Source: Heteronotia binoei (lineage: Eukaryota). From it: DNA of 33,000 bases. The stretch lies in assembly GCF_032191835.1 (NCBI RefSeq), contig NC_083227.1:83390001-83423000 (forward strand). The letters are read 5' to 3'. Positions 10,284 through 20,700 of this stretch are shown here, piece by piece. The notes below the pieces were generated by a model that was given only the letters and a program-made list of their open reading frames with translations, did no database searches and was not told where the DNA came from. Each line of letters begins with the position of its first letter. Position 1 is the first letter of the stretch. Position numbers and translations under genes: made by a program.

Positions 10284-12289
10284 AAGAGAACTTTCTCCAG
10301 TAGAACACGGCACTTGAGCCCAAAAGTTTCTACAAAACCTAATAATGTTACCAGTCATGAAAACCTGAAATCTTTGATAATGCTTATTAAATTTGCAGAA
10401 GATACTAAATTGGGAGGGGTAGCAAATACATTAGAAGACAGGATACAGGATGATCTTGACAGGCTGGAAAACTGAGCTAAAACAAACAAAATGAATTTTA
10501 ACAGGGATAAATGTAAAGTTCTGTATTTAGATAAGAAAAATCAACTGCATAATTATAGGATGGGAGAGACTTGTCTTGGCAGTAGTATGTGTGAAAAGGA
10601 TCTAGGGATCTTAGTAGACCATACACTGAACATGTATATGGTCAGCAGTGTGATGCAGAAGCTAAATAGACAAATGCAATTTTGGGCTGTATCAACAGAA
10701 GTATGCTATCCAGATCACGCAAAGTGATGGTATCACTTTACTTTGTTTTGGTTAGATTCACCTAAAGTATTGTGTTCAGTTTTGGGCTCCACAATTTAAG
10801 AAGGATACATACAGTCTGGAACATGTCCAGAGGAGGACAATGAAGATGGCGAATGGTCTGGAGGCCAGCCAATGAGAAAAAGTTGAAGGAGCTGGGAATG
10901 TTTAGCCTGGAGGGGAGATGACTGGAGACGTGATATGATCATTATCTTCAAGCACTTGAAGGGCTGTCATATAGAGAATGGTGGAAAGTTGTTTTCTGTT
11001 GCCTCAGAAGGTCAGACCAGAACCACTGGGTTGAAATTAAATCAAAAGAGTTTTCGGCTAAACATTAGGAAGAACTTCCTGACAGTTAGAGCAGTTCCTC
11101 AGTGGAACAGGCTTCCTTGGGAGGTGGTGGGCTCTTTTTCTTTGGAGGTTTTTAAACAGAGGCTAGATGGCCATCTGACAGTAAAGCTGATTCTGTGAAC
11201 TTAGGCAGATCATGAGAAGGAGGGCAGGGGGAAGTGCTTGTGATTTTCTTGCATTGTGCAGGGGGTTGGACTGGATGACCCTAGGGGTCACTTCCAACTC
11301 TATGATTTTATGATTCTATGAGTATTTTTGAAGCCAAATGAAGAGAAAATATATCAAAATTAAACATGTATGAACCAGAGCTAGTTAGACTTAATATCCT
11401 GCTCACTGATCTTTCCTAGAAAATCCTCATAGATTTCCAGTTGCTCTCCTTTTATGTTCTTTAGCTTGAATCTTTCTGCAGGCACACCCCTGAAGAGGTA
11501 TACTGTGTTAGAACTAATCTTTGGTCACTGCATATCCAAGGAAATAGAAGTCTAAAGGGAACCATCTTTGAAATAGCAAAGAACAGGGAGGAGCAAGGCA
11601 TACTGTGTTAGACATTCTCATAGGACAGGATGATGCTGGATCACTCAACAGGAGAAAACCATCCTATCAGGAGGTAGAGGAGGTTTCCCTAGAAAATTGT
11701 GCATAAATCTATGCAATGATGAACAGTTTGAACTTGGGCTAATGGGAAGGCAGAGAGAAGGGTGGACAGCAGCATCGCAGGAGGGCAACAGAGTGGGAGA
11801 GGAAGTTGGAGGAGAGGGGAAAAAGGGTGAGTCCCAAAACCTTAAAGAGCAATTAGTCAAAGCTGAATTGTTTTTCTAAACTCTTAACAAAAACAAATAG
11901 TGGGGCATGGCCCAGATGGTGCCAGGGGATCAAATAAACGTCGCACTCAGGAAGCAGGTGCTACTGGGAATGTTTCCTGCCAGCTTCACTGCTGCTCACA
12001 GCCACTTTTATTATTTGTTATTTTTCATGACTGCAGCTGGGGCTTCCCTCCAGCTGTGTGGAAATATGTTTAAAGCTGGTTATTGCTGGAAAGAAGGAGA
12101 GGGAGGACTCGCAAGGGCTGATCAACAAGCCTGTAATGTTAGTTTCTTGGGGAAAGTACAAGGAACCATCTGGATCTGCTTTTCCTGGTGAGCCTGGGAT
12201 TTCCTTGTCTAGCCATGAAAAAGTCTCCGCTATCAGCTTCTCTAGCTTGACTCCCCCTGCCACCCCAATCATTCTGGAATTATATCCAT

Positions 12290-12930
12290 GCCATTTTATT
12301 TATTTTGTTTTATTCAATTTTTAGCCTGCTCTTCTCATAGAACAGGCTCAGGGAGGGTTATATCATAAAAAAACAATCAACAGTTAAAACCAATTAAATA
12401 TATATAAGATCTAAAATTACAAAGTAAACAGTGGAGATTAAAATGACAAATTCTGCCTCACAAACATGGCCTATTGTCCAGGTCCAGAAGGTTCTACAGT
12501 AAAAAAAGGTAAAGGTAGTCCCCTGTGCAAGCACCAGTCATTTCCGACTCTGGGGTGACGTCGCATCCAACGTTTTCATGGCAGACTTTTTACAGGGTGG
12601 TTTGCCATTGCCTTCCCCAGTCACTTTACCCCCCAGCAAGCACGTTACCCCCCCCCCGCAAGTACTGGGATGGAATGAAAGGGGGGAGGTCAGTAATAAG
12701 TTATGTCCGCTGCTCAGCTGAAAGCCTGGTGAAAGAGTTCTGTTTTACAGGCCCTGCAGAATTGAAATAGATCCTGCAGGGCCCAGATCTCCAGGGGGAG
12801 CTCATTCCACCAGTCAGGGGCCCCAAGACAAAATGGCCCTGGCCCTTATCGAGGCCAGTCAGATATCTCCGGGTCTGGATATCACCAAAAGGTGTTGGGT
12901 TGCTCATCATAAAGACCTATGGGGCTCATA
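12290..12930 (-). mobile_element. Old L2-like LINE 3' fragment, interrupted
   Basis: The tail ttttatttattttg...tagcctgctcttctc...ggctcagggagggtta and the segment gagctcattccaccag...ggccctggccctt resemble squamate L2 3' regions. Heavily diverged. Confidence 0.45.
12505..12641 (-). mobile_element. Sauria/Squam2-like SINE, 3' portion
   Basis: aaaggtaaaggtagtcccctgtgcaagcaccagtc...gactctggggtgacg matches the copies at 2087 and 24962. Confidence 0.8.
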
Positions 12931-13052
12931 CATTGTTCCTTCCAGAAGAGATAAATGGCTTCAGTTTTGTGAGGCATTAAAGGAAGCTAAGAAACACTAA
13001 GTCTAGGGAACACCAAACAGATCTTGTGGCATCTCTCTTCAGAGAATCTTTT

Positions 13053-13981
13053 TGTGACGGAACCGGCCCGATTCTGCCTTCAGACCCGGTCCTGTCAACT
13101 CCCTATTGAGTCGCCAACTCCTGGAGGGAGCTATTTCTCCTTCAGCCACTTGGGCTCGCTGCCACCACCTGCTCAGTCTAGGGGTTTGGATTGAGAGGAA
13201 CAGGACTCCCAATCCAGCTCTGAGGCCAGGCCTCAAGGTCCTCTGCCACCCTGTACTTGGGATTCACAGAGACCAAAGCACTTCTTCGGGGAACCCCTGG
13301 AGGATTGGCACCTTATCCAACCACAGGCCTTCCCCCTTTCCCCGGGGCCCCCTTCATAAAGCGTGGTCTAAAGCGGTTGGGGATCTATGTGGTACAGAGT
13401 TTGACTGCCAGCATTCAAAACAGTAAAAATATTTAATTAAAAGAGAAAAAGAAAAACAAAACAAAACAAAAACAGTTGCATATAAAAGTTTAGCACAGCA
13501 CAGCACCCGAACAGCAACCAGCATGACAAATAAAAGGTGGATTTAAACGCATCCTACTGTCCCTGGTCTAAACTTGCCCTGCCTTGTGGATGACTTACTC
13601 GGTCTGACTGCCTGGGGTCCTTTTCCTCTTGATTAGGCCTCTGCCACAGGCAGGAGCCCCCACACTAGCAACCTCTTCCTTTGAGCGCCAGCTGAGAACT
13701 CCCCTTTTCCCGCCTAACTAAAATAAATAAAACAAAAGAACTTCCTGCCCCTCTAGGAGGCTTTCCCCCTAGAGTTGCTGGTTTAACTCCAGAAGGGGGG
13801 AGGCAATGAGGGGAAGGCTAAAGAACTTCCTGCCCCTCTAGGAGGCTTTCCCCCTAGAGGCGCTGGTTTAACTCTGGAAGGGAGGAGGGGATGGAGGGAG
13901 GCTAGGCTAAACCCTGCTTTAGTAGTTTAATGTTCCCTTCCAATGAAGCACCAACATTAACTAAGATGGCGTTTCTCCACA
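13053..13981 (-). mobile_element. Solo LTR (929 bp) of an LTR retrotransposon or ERV
   Basis: TGTG...CACA termini and a perfect 5-bp TSD ctttt (13048-13052 / 13982-13986). No coding interior. Minus orientation is inferred from the ...gtcaca terminus and an attaaa signal. Confidence 0.85.
13735..13887. repeat. Two-copy tandem unit (about 68 bp conserved, period 85) inside the LTR
   Basis: aaagaacttcctgcccctctaggaggctttcccc...gctggtttaactc occurs at 13735 and 13820. Confidence 0.9.
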
Positions 13982-14730
13982 CTTTTCATTCCCTGTAGTA
14001 CTTTCTGGACAGTCACCCTGTCAAACCTCTCATTTTTATGTAACTACTGCATCTCCATCTGTCATCATTTCAACCAGGTTTCTGGGGCTGCAGGAAATCC
14101 CAAGCAATTGTAATTTCCACTGTGATCTGTGTCCATACTTGGCACCATCAGGTTTTTCATGCTCCTGAGAATATGGGGCATGATTTTAAGAAACCCTTAT
14201 TGGTCCAATTCATTATCTATTATGAAACTATATCACTTGTATAATGGTGTGGGTCTAAGAGAAGTCCAGGGTTACATATATCTTGATATTGAATTGGTCT
14301 AAATATGCTAATACTGGTGGTGATGGGGCAGGGTGATCCTTTAACCAGTTAGCTTTATAATTCATGTTTTCCCATGTGATCTGGGTTAGTAATTCGGACA
14401 GCTCACCATGACAGAAGAAATTAAAGGGAAAATTTCCCAAGTAGCCACAACACTTTATTCTTTGTTGGAAGCCAACACAGGTAAAACACGTAAAATTAGG
14501 TTTAATCTGTAGCAAAGATATACTCTCAACTATATTTGTGTGCTTACTCATGATGTTCATAATTCAAACAGCACAATGGAAAGCAAGTAAAATTCACTTG
14601 GAACAGCAGCACAGTGAAAACTATTCCTATGATCTTGTCTTCATCATCTACCCATGAGTTTTATACCAGTCATAGCACTGAAAATCAATTTCCCAAGCAT
14701 GAAAGCAGTCAGTTCCCACAGGAAAGGTCA

Positions 14731-14770
14731 TTAAATGGTGGACACCTAATCTTGGGTGTCCACCATTTAA
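14731..14770. repeat. Perfect 16-bp inverted repeat with an 8-nt loop
   Basis: ttaaatggtggacacc-taatcttg-ggtgtccaccatttaa. Confidence 0.9.
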
Positions 14771-15271
14771 AATAACCATAATCTGGTGATGTCAAGTGGG
14801 TTGAATATAAACAGCTAAAAATTAGCCAGGTCTGATCAAGAAACTGTGATACAGTTTGTTCTGTACCCTGAAGCATTCAGAGCTCTGAAGTTGGGTCATC
14901 AGCTCTCTTCAAAGATCACCAACATCTCTCTCACTGTGAAGCAGTATGACCTTTCAAACATGGACTGCTCCGTACTTGTTCCCATTCTGTTCTTTGTTGC
15001 TTCATTGCATGTTTGAGTCTGGCCCACTCCACCCGTCTGACTCTATTACAGAACAACTCCATCGGTAAAGCTCCATCAACCACAGTAGCAGGGGATTGCA
15101 GGCAAAGCCTAATGCCTACAGGAAAAGAAATCCAAACTAAATCAGTCAGTTTTGTTGGGAGTCTTTGCTAATTAATTAATTTTAGTGCTCTAACTGTCCT
15201 ATCTCTAGTTCTCAGGTGAGCCCCAATATTTTCCTATCTCATTCCTCTTGCTAAGTTATGATGATTTCCAT

Positions 15272-15942
15272 TAGGCTTCCCAACCCTCCCGTCCTGGCGG
15301 GGGACCCCAGGATTTCCACCCTCTTCCCCCGCTCCCCCAAAAAACGGAAGCGGGGGGAGGGGGTGGAAACGGCGCCAGGGAGCATGGCCAGCCGCCGTAT
15401 CCCGGAGCCAGCGAGGCCGCCGCGCCGCTGCTTCCCCCTCCCCTCCCACCGCAGCTGCTTTTCCGAGATGAGCCCAGGCTGAGCCCATCTCAGAGGAGCA
15501 GTCAAGAGGCGGCAGCAGCGCAGGGGAGAGCGAGGCAGGCCAGGAGCATGGCGAGCCGTGAATCCGGGTCCTTCTAGGACCCGGACTCGCGGCTCGCCAC
15601 GCCCCTGGCCCACCTCCACCCCCCCCCTCCGCTTCCACCCCAGAGGCGGAGCGGGCGAGGCGGAGCGGGCGAGGCAGCAGCGGCGCGGCGGCCTCTTCTC
15701 CGCTCGCCGTGGCTGCTTCTCCGAGATGGGCTCAGCCTGAGCCCATCTCGGAGGAGCAGCCACAGCGAGCAGAGAAGAGGCGTCAGCTGTGCAACGGCGT
15801 CGCATGGTCCGAGACGGGGCGGCTCGCCGTTTCCCCCCCTCCCCCTAGCTCCACCCCAGTGTCTCCTGGCTCCACCCCCAAAGTCTCCTGGCTCCACCCC
15901 CAAAGTCCCCAGATATTTTTGGGGTTGGACTTGGGAACCCTA
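15272..15942. mobile_element. hAT (Blackjack-like) non-autonomous element with a GC/CpG-rich hairpin interior
   Basis: TIRs taggcttcccaa / ttgggaacccta. 8-bp TSD atttccat (15264-15271) / attttcat (15943-15950), a 7/8 match. Confidence 0.8.
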
Positions 15943-16109
15943 ATTTTCATTCAACCTGAGGGGAGCTAAGGCAGAGAGGCAATGATAACCCAATATTACC
16001 AATTATATCTATGTGAGGAAATCCAGGTCCAAGTCTAATACATTCCTTTCAGCCACACTGACCTAAAGGAGATCCACTTGTGACACAACTCATCTGACTG
16101 TAGCCTCTC

Positions 16110-16148
16110 AAAGAGCATATGCAGAGGTCCATCAGTGGCTATTAGCCA

Positions 16149-16195
<47 letters not shown>

Positions 16196-16284
16196 CACAT
16201 TTTTTTTTGCCACTGTGTGACACAGAGTGTTGGACTGGATGGGCCATTGGCCTGATGCAACATGGCTTCTCTTATGTTCTTATT
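16110..16284 (+). mobile_element. CR1 3' end fragment containing a (GT)17 microsatellite
   Basis: gcagaggtccatcagtggctattagcca...ggatgggccattggcctgatgcaacatggcttctcttatgttcttat is nearly identical to the 3' end of the CR1 at 27790-27926. (GT)n at 16151-16184. Confidence 0.85.
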
Positions 16285-16667
16285 TCAGGGTTATTACTAT
16301 GGCACATTCCTACCTGTTTCCTAAGGTGAAGGCAGATGTCTGCTTACTGCACACAAATGTCCCACATGGCAGCTCTTAACCACATGGAAAAGTAGCCTTC
16401 TGTAGGCTCCAGAAATGTGGCGAGCCAAGCCTTATCATATTCCTGAAACCCACTGGAAATCTTTGGAAACAGATCTATGTGGAAAAGCTCAGGTCATCAC
16501 ATGGCCAGATTTCTCCGCTCACCTGTTTACCAACTCTTTCCAGACAAGAGCTCTGCACAGAATGTAAAAGCCTCCCCTGAAAAAACCCCAAAACCAAAAG
16601 CCTCTACTTTTTTATACAGCCAGTTTTGCTGATTAAAAGCATTTGTTGTTGCATTTTTGGCGCTTGG

Positions 16668-17207
16668 GAAGAAGGAGGAAGAGGAGAAGAAGAAAGATTT
16701 ATACCCCGCCCTTCATCTTCTTCCCCTACAACAGACACCATGTGAGGTGGGTGGAGCTGAGAGAGCTCTCACAGAAGCTGTCCTTTCAAAGACAACTCTT
16801 GCAAGAGCTATGGCTGACCCAAGGCCATTCCAGCAGCTGCAAGTGGAGGAGTGGGGTATCAAACTCAGGCCGTTTTCGCACTCACGTTTTACTGGCGCCA
16901 CGACCATCCTGACGCCGGCGAATCTGCATGGCTTTCGCACCAGAAGCTCCGGCGCTCCCAGAAGCGCCGGCTACTTCCGTCGCTAAGCCAGCGCAAACGG
17001 AAATCGCAAAGATGCAGGAAAACGTTTGCGCTGGCTTAGCGACGGAAAGCGCTGGCGCTTCTGGGAGCGCCGGCGCTTCTGTTGCGAAATCCATGCAGAT
17101 TCGCCGGCGTCAGGAGGGTCGTGGCGCCAGTAAAACGTGAGTGCGAAAACACCCTCAGTTCTCCCAGATAAGAATTCGTGCACTTCACCACTACACCAAA
17201 ATGGCTC
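16668..17207 (-). mobile_element. Squam3-like tRNA-derived SINE (L2-type tail), split by a MITE
   Basis: Matches the copy at 31395-31672, with a (TTC)n-type tail and gggcggggtataaat. The head resumes at 17155-17207 after the insertion. Confidence 0.85.
16868..17154. mobile_element. Palindromic PIF/Harbinger-type MITE
   Basis: 132-bp arms (16868-16999 / 17023-17154) with about 10 mismatches. 3-bp TSD tca (16865-16867 / 17155-17157). CpG-rich. Confidence 0.75.
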
Positions 17208-17737
17208 CCTTCCTATTGAAACCATTCCTGTTCCTTCATGCCTGAACAATTTTGGAAATTCATTTTTAAAAAACCTTTCTTTCTGCTGTGCACATCTAGT
17301 GCAGGAATGCTCATTCAGTTTTATTGTTTTTTAATTTTAAAGGCAAGCAGCAAAAAGCCATCTACTTGTCCATCATTTTGTAAATCTTTGTCAATTCTGT
17401 CCTGCCATTTGCCTTGCCATTTGGTTTGTTTGTTTTTTTGTTAAACAATTTTATTTGGTAATATATGGTAATTATATCCAATACTAATAAAATATTAAGA
17501 AACACTTACTACCTTCCCCATACATTACACTTTCCCCTCCCCCCAAATCTTGACTTCCGCCGGTGCCAATTACCTAAAATTCTGATATCAAAAGGTATCT
17601 TTAACTTTAAAAGAATCTTAATAAAAAATGAAATATATATATATATATATTATTTTGCAGAGAAATAAACACATTTCTTATACTTTATAAAGTCCCACCC
17701 AGTTATTATAGTTCATCTTCTTTCTTCTCCTAAAAAC

Positions 17738-20700
17738 CTAAGTGGTATTCTCAAAAATCACCCAATGTCCTTTTACTTTCCATTCTTTTTCTGTATATCT
17801 TCTGAATTTATCCCAATCCATTTTAAATCCCTCTAAATCATAGTCTTTCAAGATTCTTGTAAGTTTATCCATTTCACTCCATGACATAACTTTTACAATC
17901 CAGTCCCATTTTTCTGGTATTTTATCTTCCTTCCATAACTGTGCATATAATGTCCTAGCAGCTGAAAGCAAGTACCAAATTACAGTTCTATCTTCTTTTG
18001 GAAATTTCTCCATTTGTAATCCCAATAGGAAAGTCTCTGGAGTTCTCTTAAATTCATATCCCAAGATTCTAGAAATGTCTTGTTGAAGCATTTGCCAAAA
18101 CTGTTTCACTCTTTCACAAGTCCACCACATATGGTAGAAAGAACCTTCATGCTTTTTACATTTCCAACATCTGTCTGGCATCTTATTGTTCATTTTTGCT
18201 AACTTTTAAGGAGTCATATACCACCTGTACATCATTTTATAACAGTTTTCTTTGATACTATAACATGTCAAAATTTTCATAGAGTTCTTCCACAAGTATT
18301 CCCATGTTTCCATCTGTATTTCTTTATTAACATTAATTGCCCATTTTATCATTTGAGATTTTACTACTTCATCTTCAGAAGACCATTTCAGTAATAGTTT
18401 ATATAGTTTTGAAATCAACTTTTCATTATCTCCAAGCAGAACATTTTCTAGTTCAGTTTACACTTTCCTTATTCCTTCATTTTTAATATCATTTTCCACC
18501 AAGCTCTTTATTTGTTGCATTTGGAACCAGTCATACTTATTATTCAATTCTTCAGCTGTTTCCAACTCTGTCTTTCTACCTTATATTTTTAATAATTGAT
18601 TATATGACAACCATCTTGCTTCACACGTCTCCGCCAATATTTTAATTACTTCTGCTGGCACTAGCCACAACGGCTTTCTTTCATCTCCATATTTTCTATA
18701 TTTCATCCACGTATTCAACAAATTTCTTCTTATATAGTGATGAGAGAAAAAACCATCCATCTTTTTCTTCCCATAGTATATATAAGCATGCCAACCAAAT
18801 ATATTTCCATGACCTTCCAATGCTAAAAGTTTTCTATTCAACAACGTCACCCACTCTTTTATCCATACTAGACATACTGCTTCGTGGTATAACTTTAAAT
18901 CTGGTAGTTGAAATCCTCCTCTTTCTTTTGCATCTGTTAAAATTTTCATTTTAATTCATGGTTTCTTCCCAGCCCATACAAACTCTGAAATTTTTCTTTG
19001 CCATTTATTGAATTGTTTACTGTCTTTCACTATCGGAATAGTTTGGAACAAGTACATGATTCTTGGTAAGATATTCATTTTTATTGCAGCTATTCTTCCA
19101 AGCAATGACAAGTTAAGTTTATTCCATTTTACCATATCTTCATTCATTTTATGCCATAGCTTTTCATAGTTATTTTTATATAAATCAATATTTTTCATTG
19201 TAATCTCCACACCCAGATATTTTACTTTAGAAGTAACTTCACATCCCGTCAGATCCTGCAATTCTTTTTGTTTATTCACTTGCATATTTTTGCATAAAAA
19301 TGTTGACCTCTTTATTAATGTAAAATCCTGCCATTTCTCCATATTCTTGTATCTTACCTAGTAATAATGGCGTTACTTGTATAGGATTTTCATTTATAAA
19401 CATTACATCATCTGCAAATGCTCTGTATTTATAAGTAAAGCCTTTTAGTTTCAAACCTTCTATTTCTTTATCTTCTTGAATCTGCGTCAACAAAACTTCA
19501 AGAGTCATTATAAACAACAATGGAGAAAGGGGGCAACTTTGTCATGTTCCCTTACTAATTTTCATATCTTAGGGGAGGGACGGTGGCTCAGTGGTAGAGC
19601 ATCTGCTTGGGAAGCAGAAGGTCCCAGGTTCAATCCCTGGCATCTCCAAAAAAGGGTCCAGGCAAATAGGTGTGAAAACCTCAGCTTGAGACCCTGGAGA
19701 GCCGCTGCCAGTCTGAGAAGACAATACTGACTTTGATGGACCAAGGGTCTGATTCAGTATAAGTCAGCTTCATATGTTCATATATCCTCTGTAAGATCTG
19801 CATTTATGCAAATTTTTGCATAGTGTTCAGTATATATTGCTTTCACCATTCTTATAAAGCTTTCCCCCCAATTCCATTTTTTCCATCACTGCAAACATAA
19901 AGTCCGAGTTTAAATTATCAAAGGCTTTCTCTGCATCCACAAAAAATAAAACAACTTCTTTTTCTGGATGTCTTTCATAATATTCTACAATATTTACAAC
20001 AGTCCTTAAATTGTCCCTAATTTGTCTATTGGGAAGAAATCCTGCTTGTTCCTCCTTAATAAAGTCCATCAAATATTGTTTAAATCGTTCTGCTAAGATT
20101 CTTGTATGTATTTTATAGTCATTATTTAACATTGAAATTGGTCTGTAGTTTTTTACATTCGTGACATCTCTATCCTCTTTTGGAATCAACGAAATTACTG
20201 TTTCCTTCCGTGTATTTGGTATTTTCCCCTGCAGTCTTATAATATTCATCAGTTTTTGAAGCTTCGGTGTTAACTCCTCTTTAAGGGTTTTAAAAAACTT
20301 TGCTGTATATCCATCTGGACCAGGTGCTTTTCCCATTTTCATTGAATTAATTGCCACTTCAATTTCTATTTTTTGAATTGGTTCATTCAAAACTTTTTCC
20401 ATATTTTCTGTTAAGGGAGCTATTTTATTTTTTTGCAAATATATTTCCATCTTCTCTTTGTTTATCTTAAAGCCATTAAACAATTTGGCATAATATTTTA
20501 AAAATTCTCTTTTGATTCCTTCTTGATCCACAATCTCTTTACCACCAACTACTATTTTGTTAATAATTTTGTTTTCTCTCTTTTTTTTCATTTGCCAAGC
20601 CAAATATTTTCCAGGTTTATTTGCTCCTTCAAAAGATTTCTGCTGCAATCTTTTCAGATTCCATTCCAATTCTTTTTTTAACAAATGTCTCATTTGCATT

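Larger units (their letters stand above)
10028..10378. mobile_element. Penelope-like element (PLE) pseudo-LTR fragment in fold-back arrangement, inserted into the CR1
   Basis: 147-bp arms (10028-10174 / 10193-10339) with 5 mismatches, plus a 39-bp unpaired extension. 12-bp TSD aatgcttattaa at 10016-10027 and 10379-10390 duplicates CR1 coding sequence. It carries the CTGAxGAT-stem-GAAACGTC-type motif characteristic of PLE termini. Confidence 0.8.
9665..11321 (+). mobile_element. 5'-truncated CR1 LINE (RT region to 3' tail), degraded
   Basis: Peptides CQTNLISFF...DIVYL..S.AFDKVPH, LIKFAEDTKLGG, MNFNRDKCKVL and RLNIRKNFLTVRAV..WNRLP. 3' tail ccaactctatgattttatgattctatg. Many stops and frameshifts. 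Confidence 0.92.

Noticed and set aside
10054-10475. Mirror ORFs MPCSTGESSLSRRFVLS... on both strands
   Set aside because: Artefacts of the 147-bp palindrome; no recognisable domain.
14095-14160. Minus-strand NLMVPSMDTDHSGNYNCLG resembling the Ig/Fc-receptor D-x-G-x-Y-x-C motif
   Set aside because: An in-frame stop lies 13 codons upstream, and there is no first Cys/Trp of an Ig fold and no suitable splice sites.
15234-15969. Several overlapping 60-184 aa ORFs and an apparent CpG-island gene promoter
   Set aside because: They lie inside a TIR/TSD-bounded hAT element, and stop-codon scarcity reflects GC content. Promoter co-option is kept only as a hypothesis.
16882-17140. Paired Ala/Pro-rich ORFs (APEAPALPEAPA) on both strands
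   Set aside because: Mirror products of the palindromic MITE.
19571-19645. tRNA-Ala-like sequence as a real tRNA gene
   Set aside because: It continues into a SINE body and CR1-type tail with a TSD, the acceptor and anticodon stems are imperfect, and no Pol III terminator follows the tRNA part.
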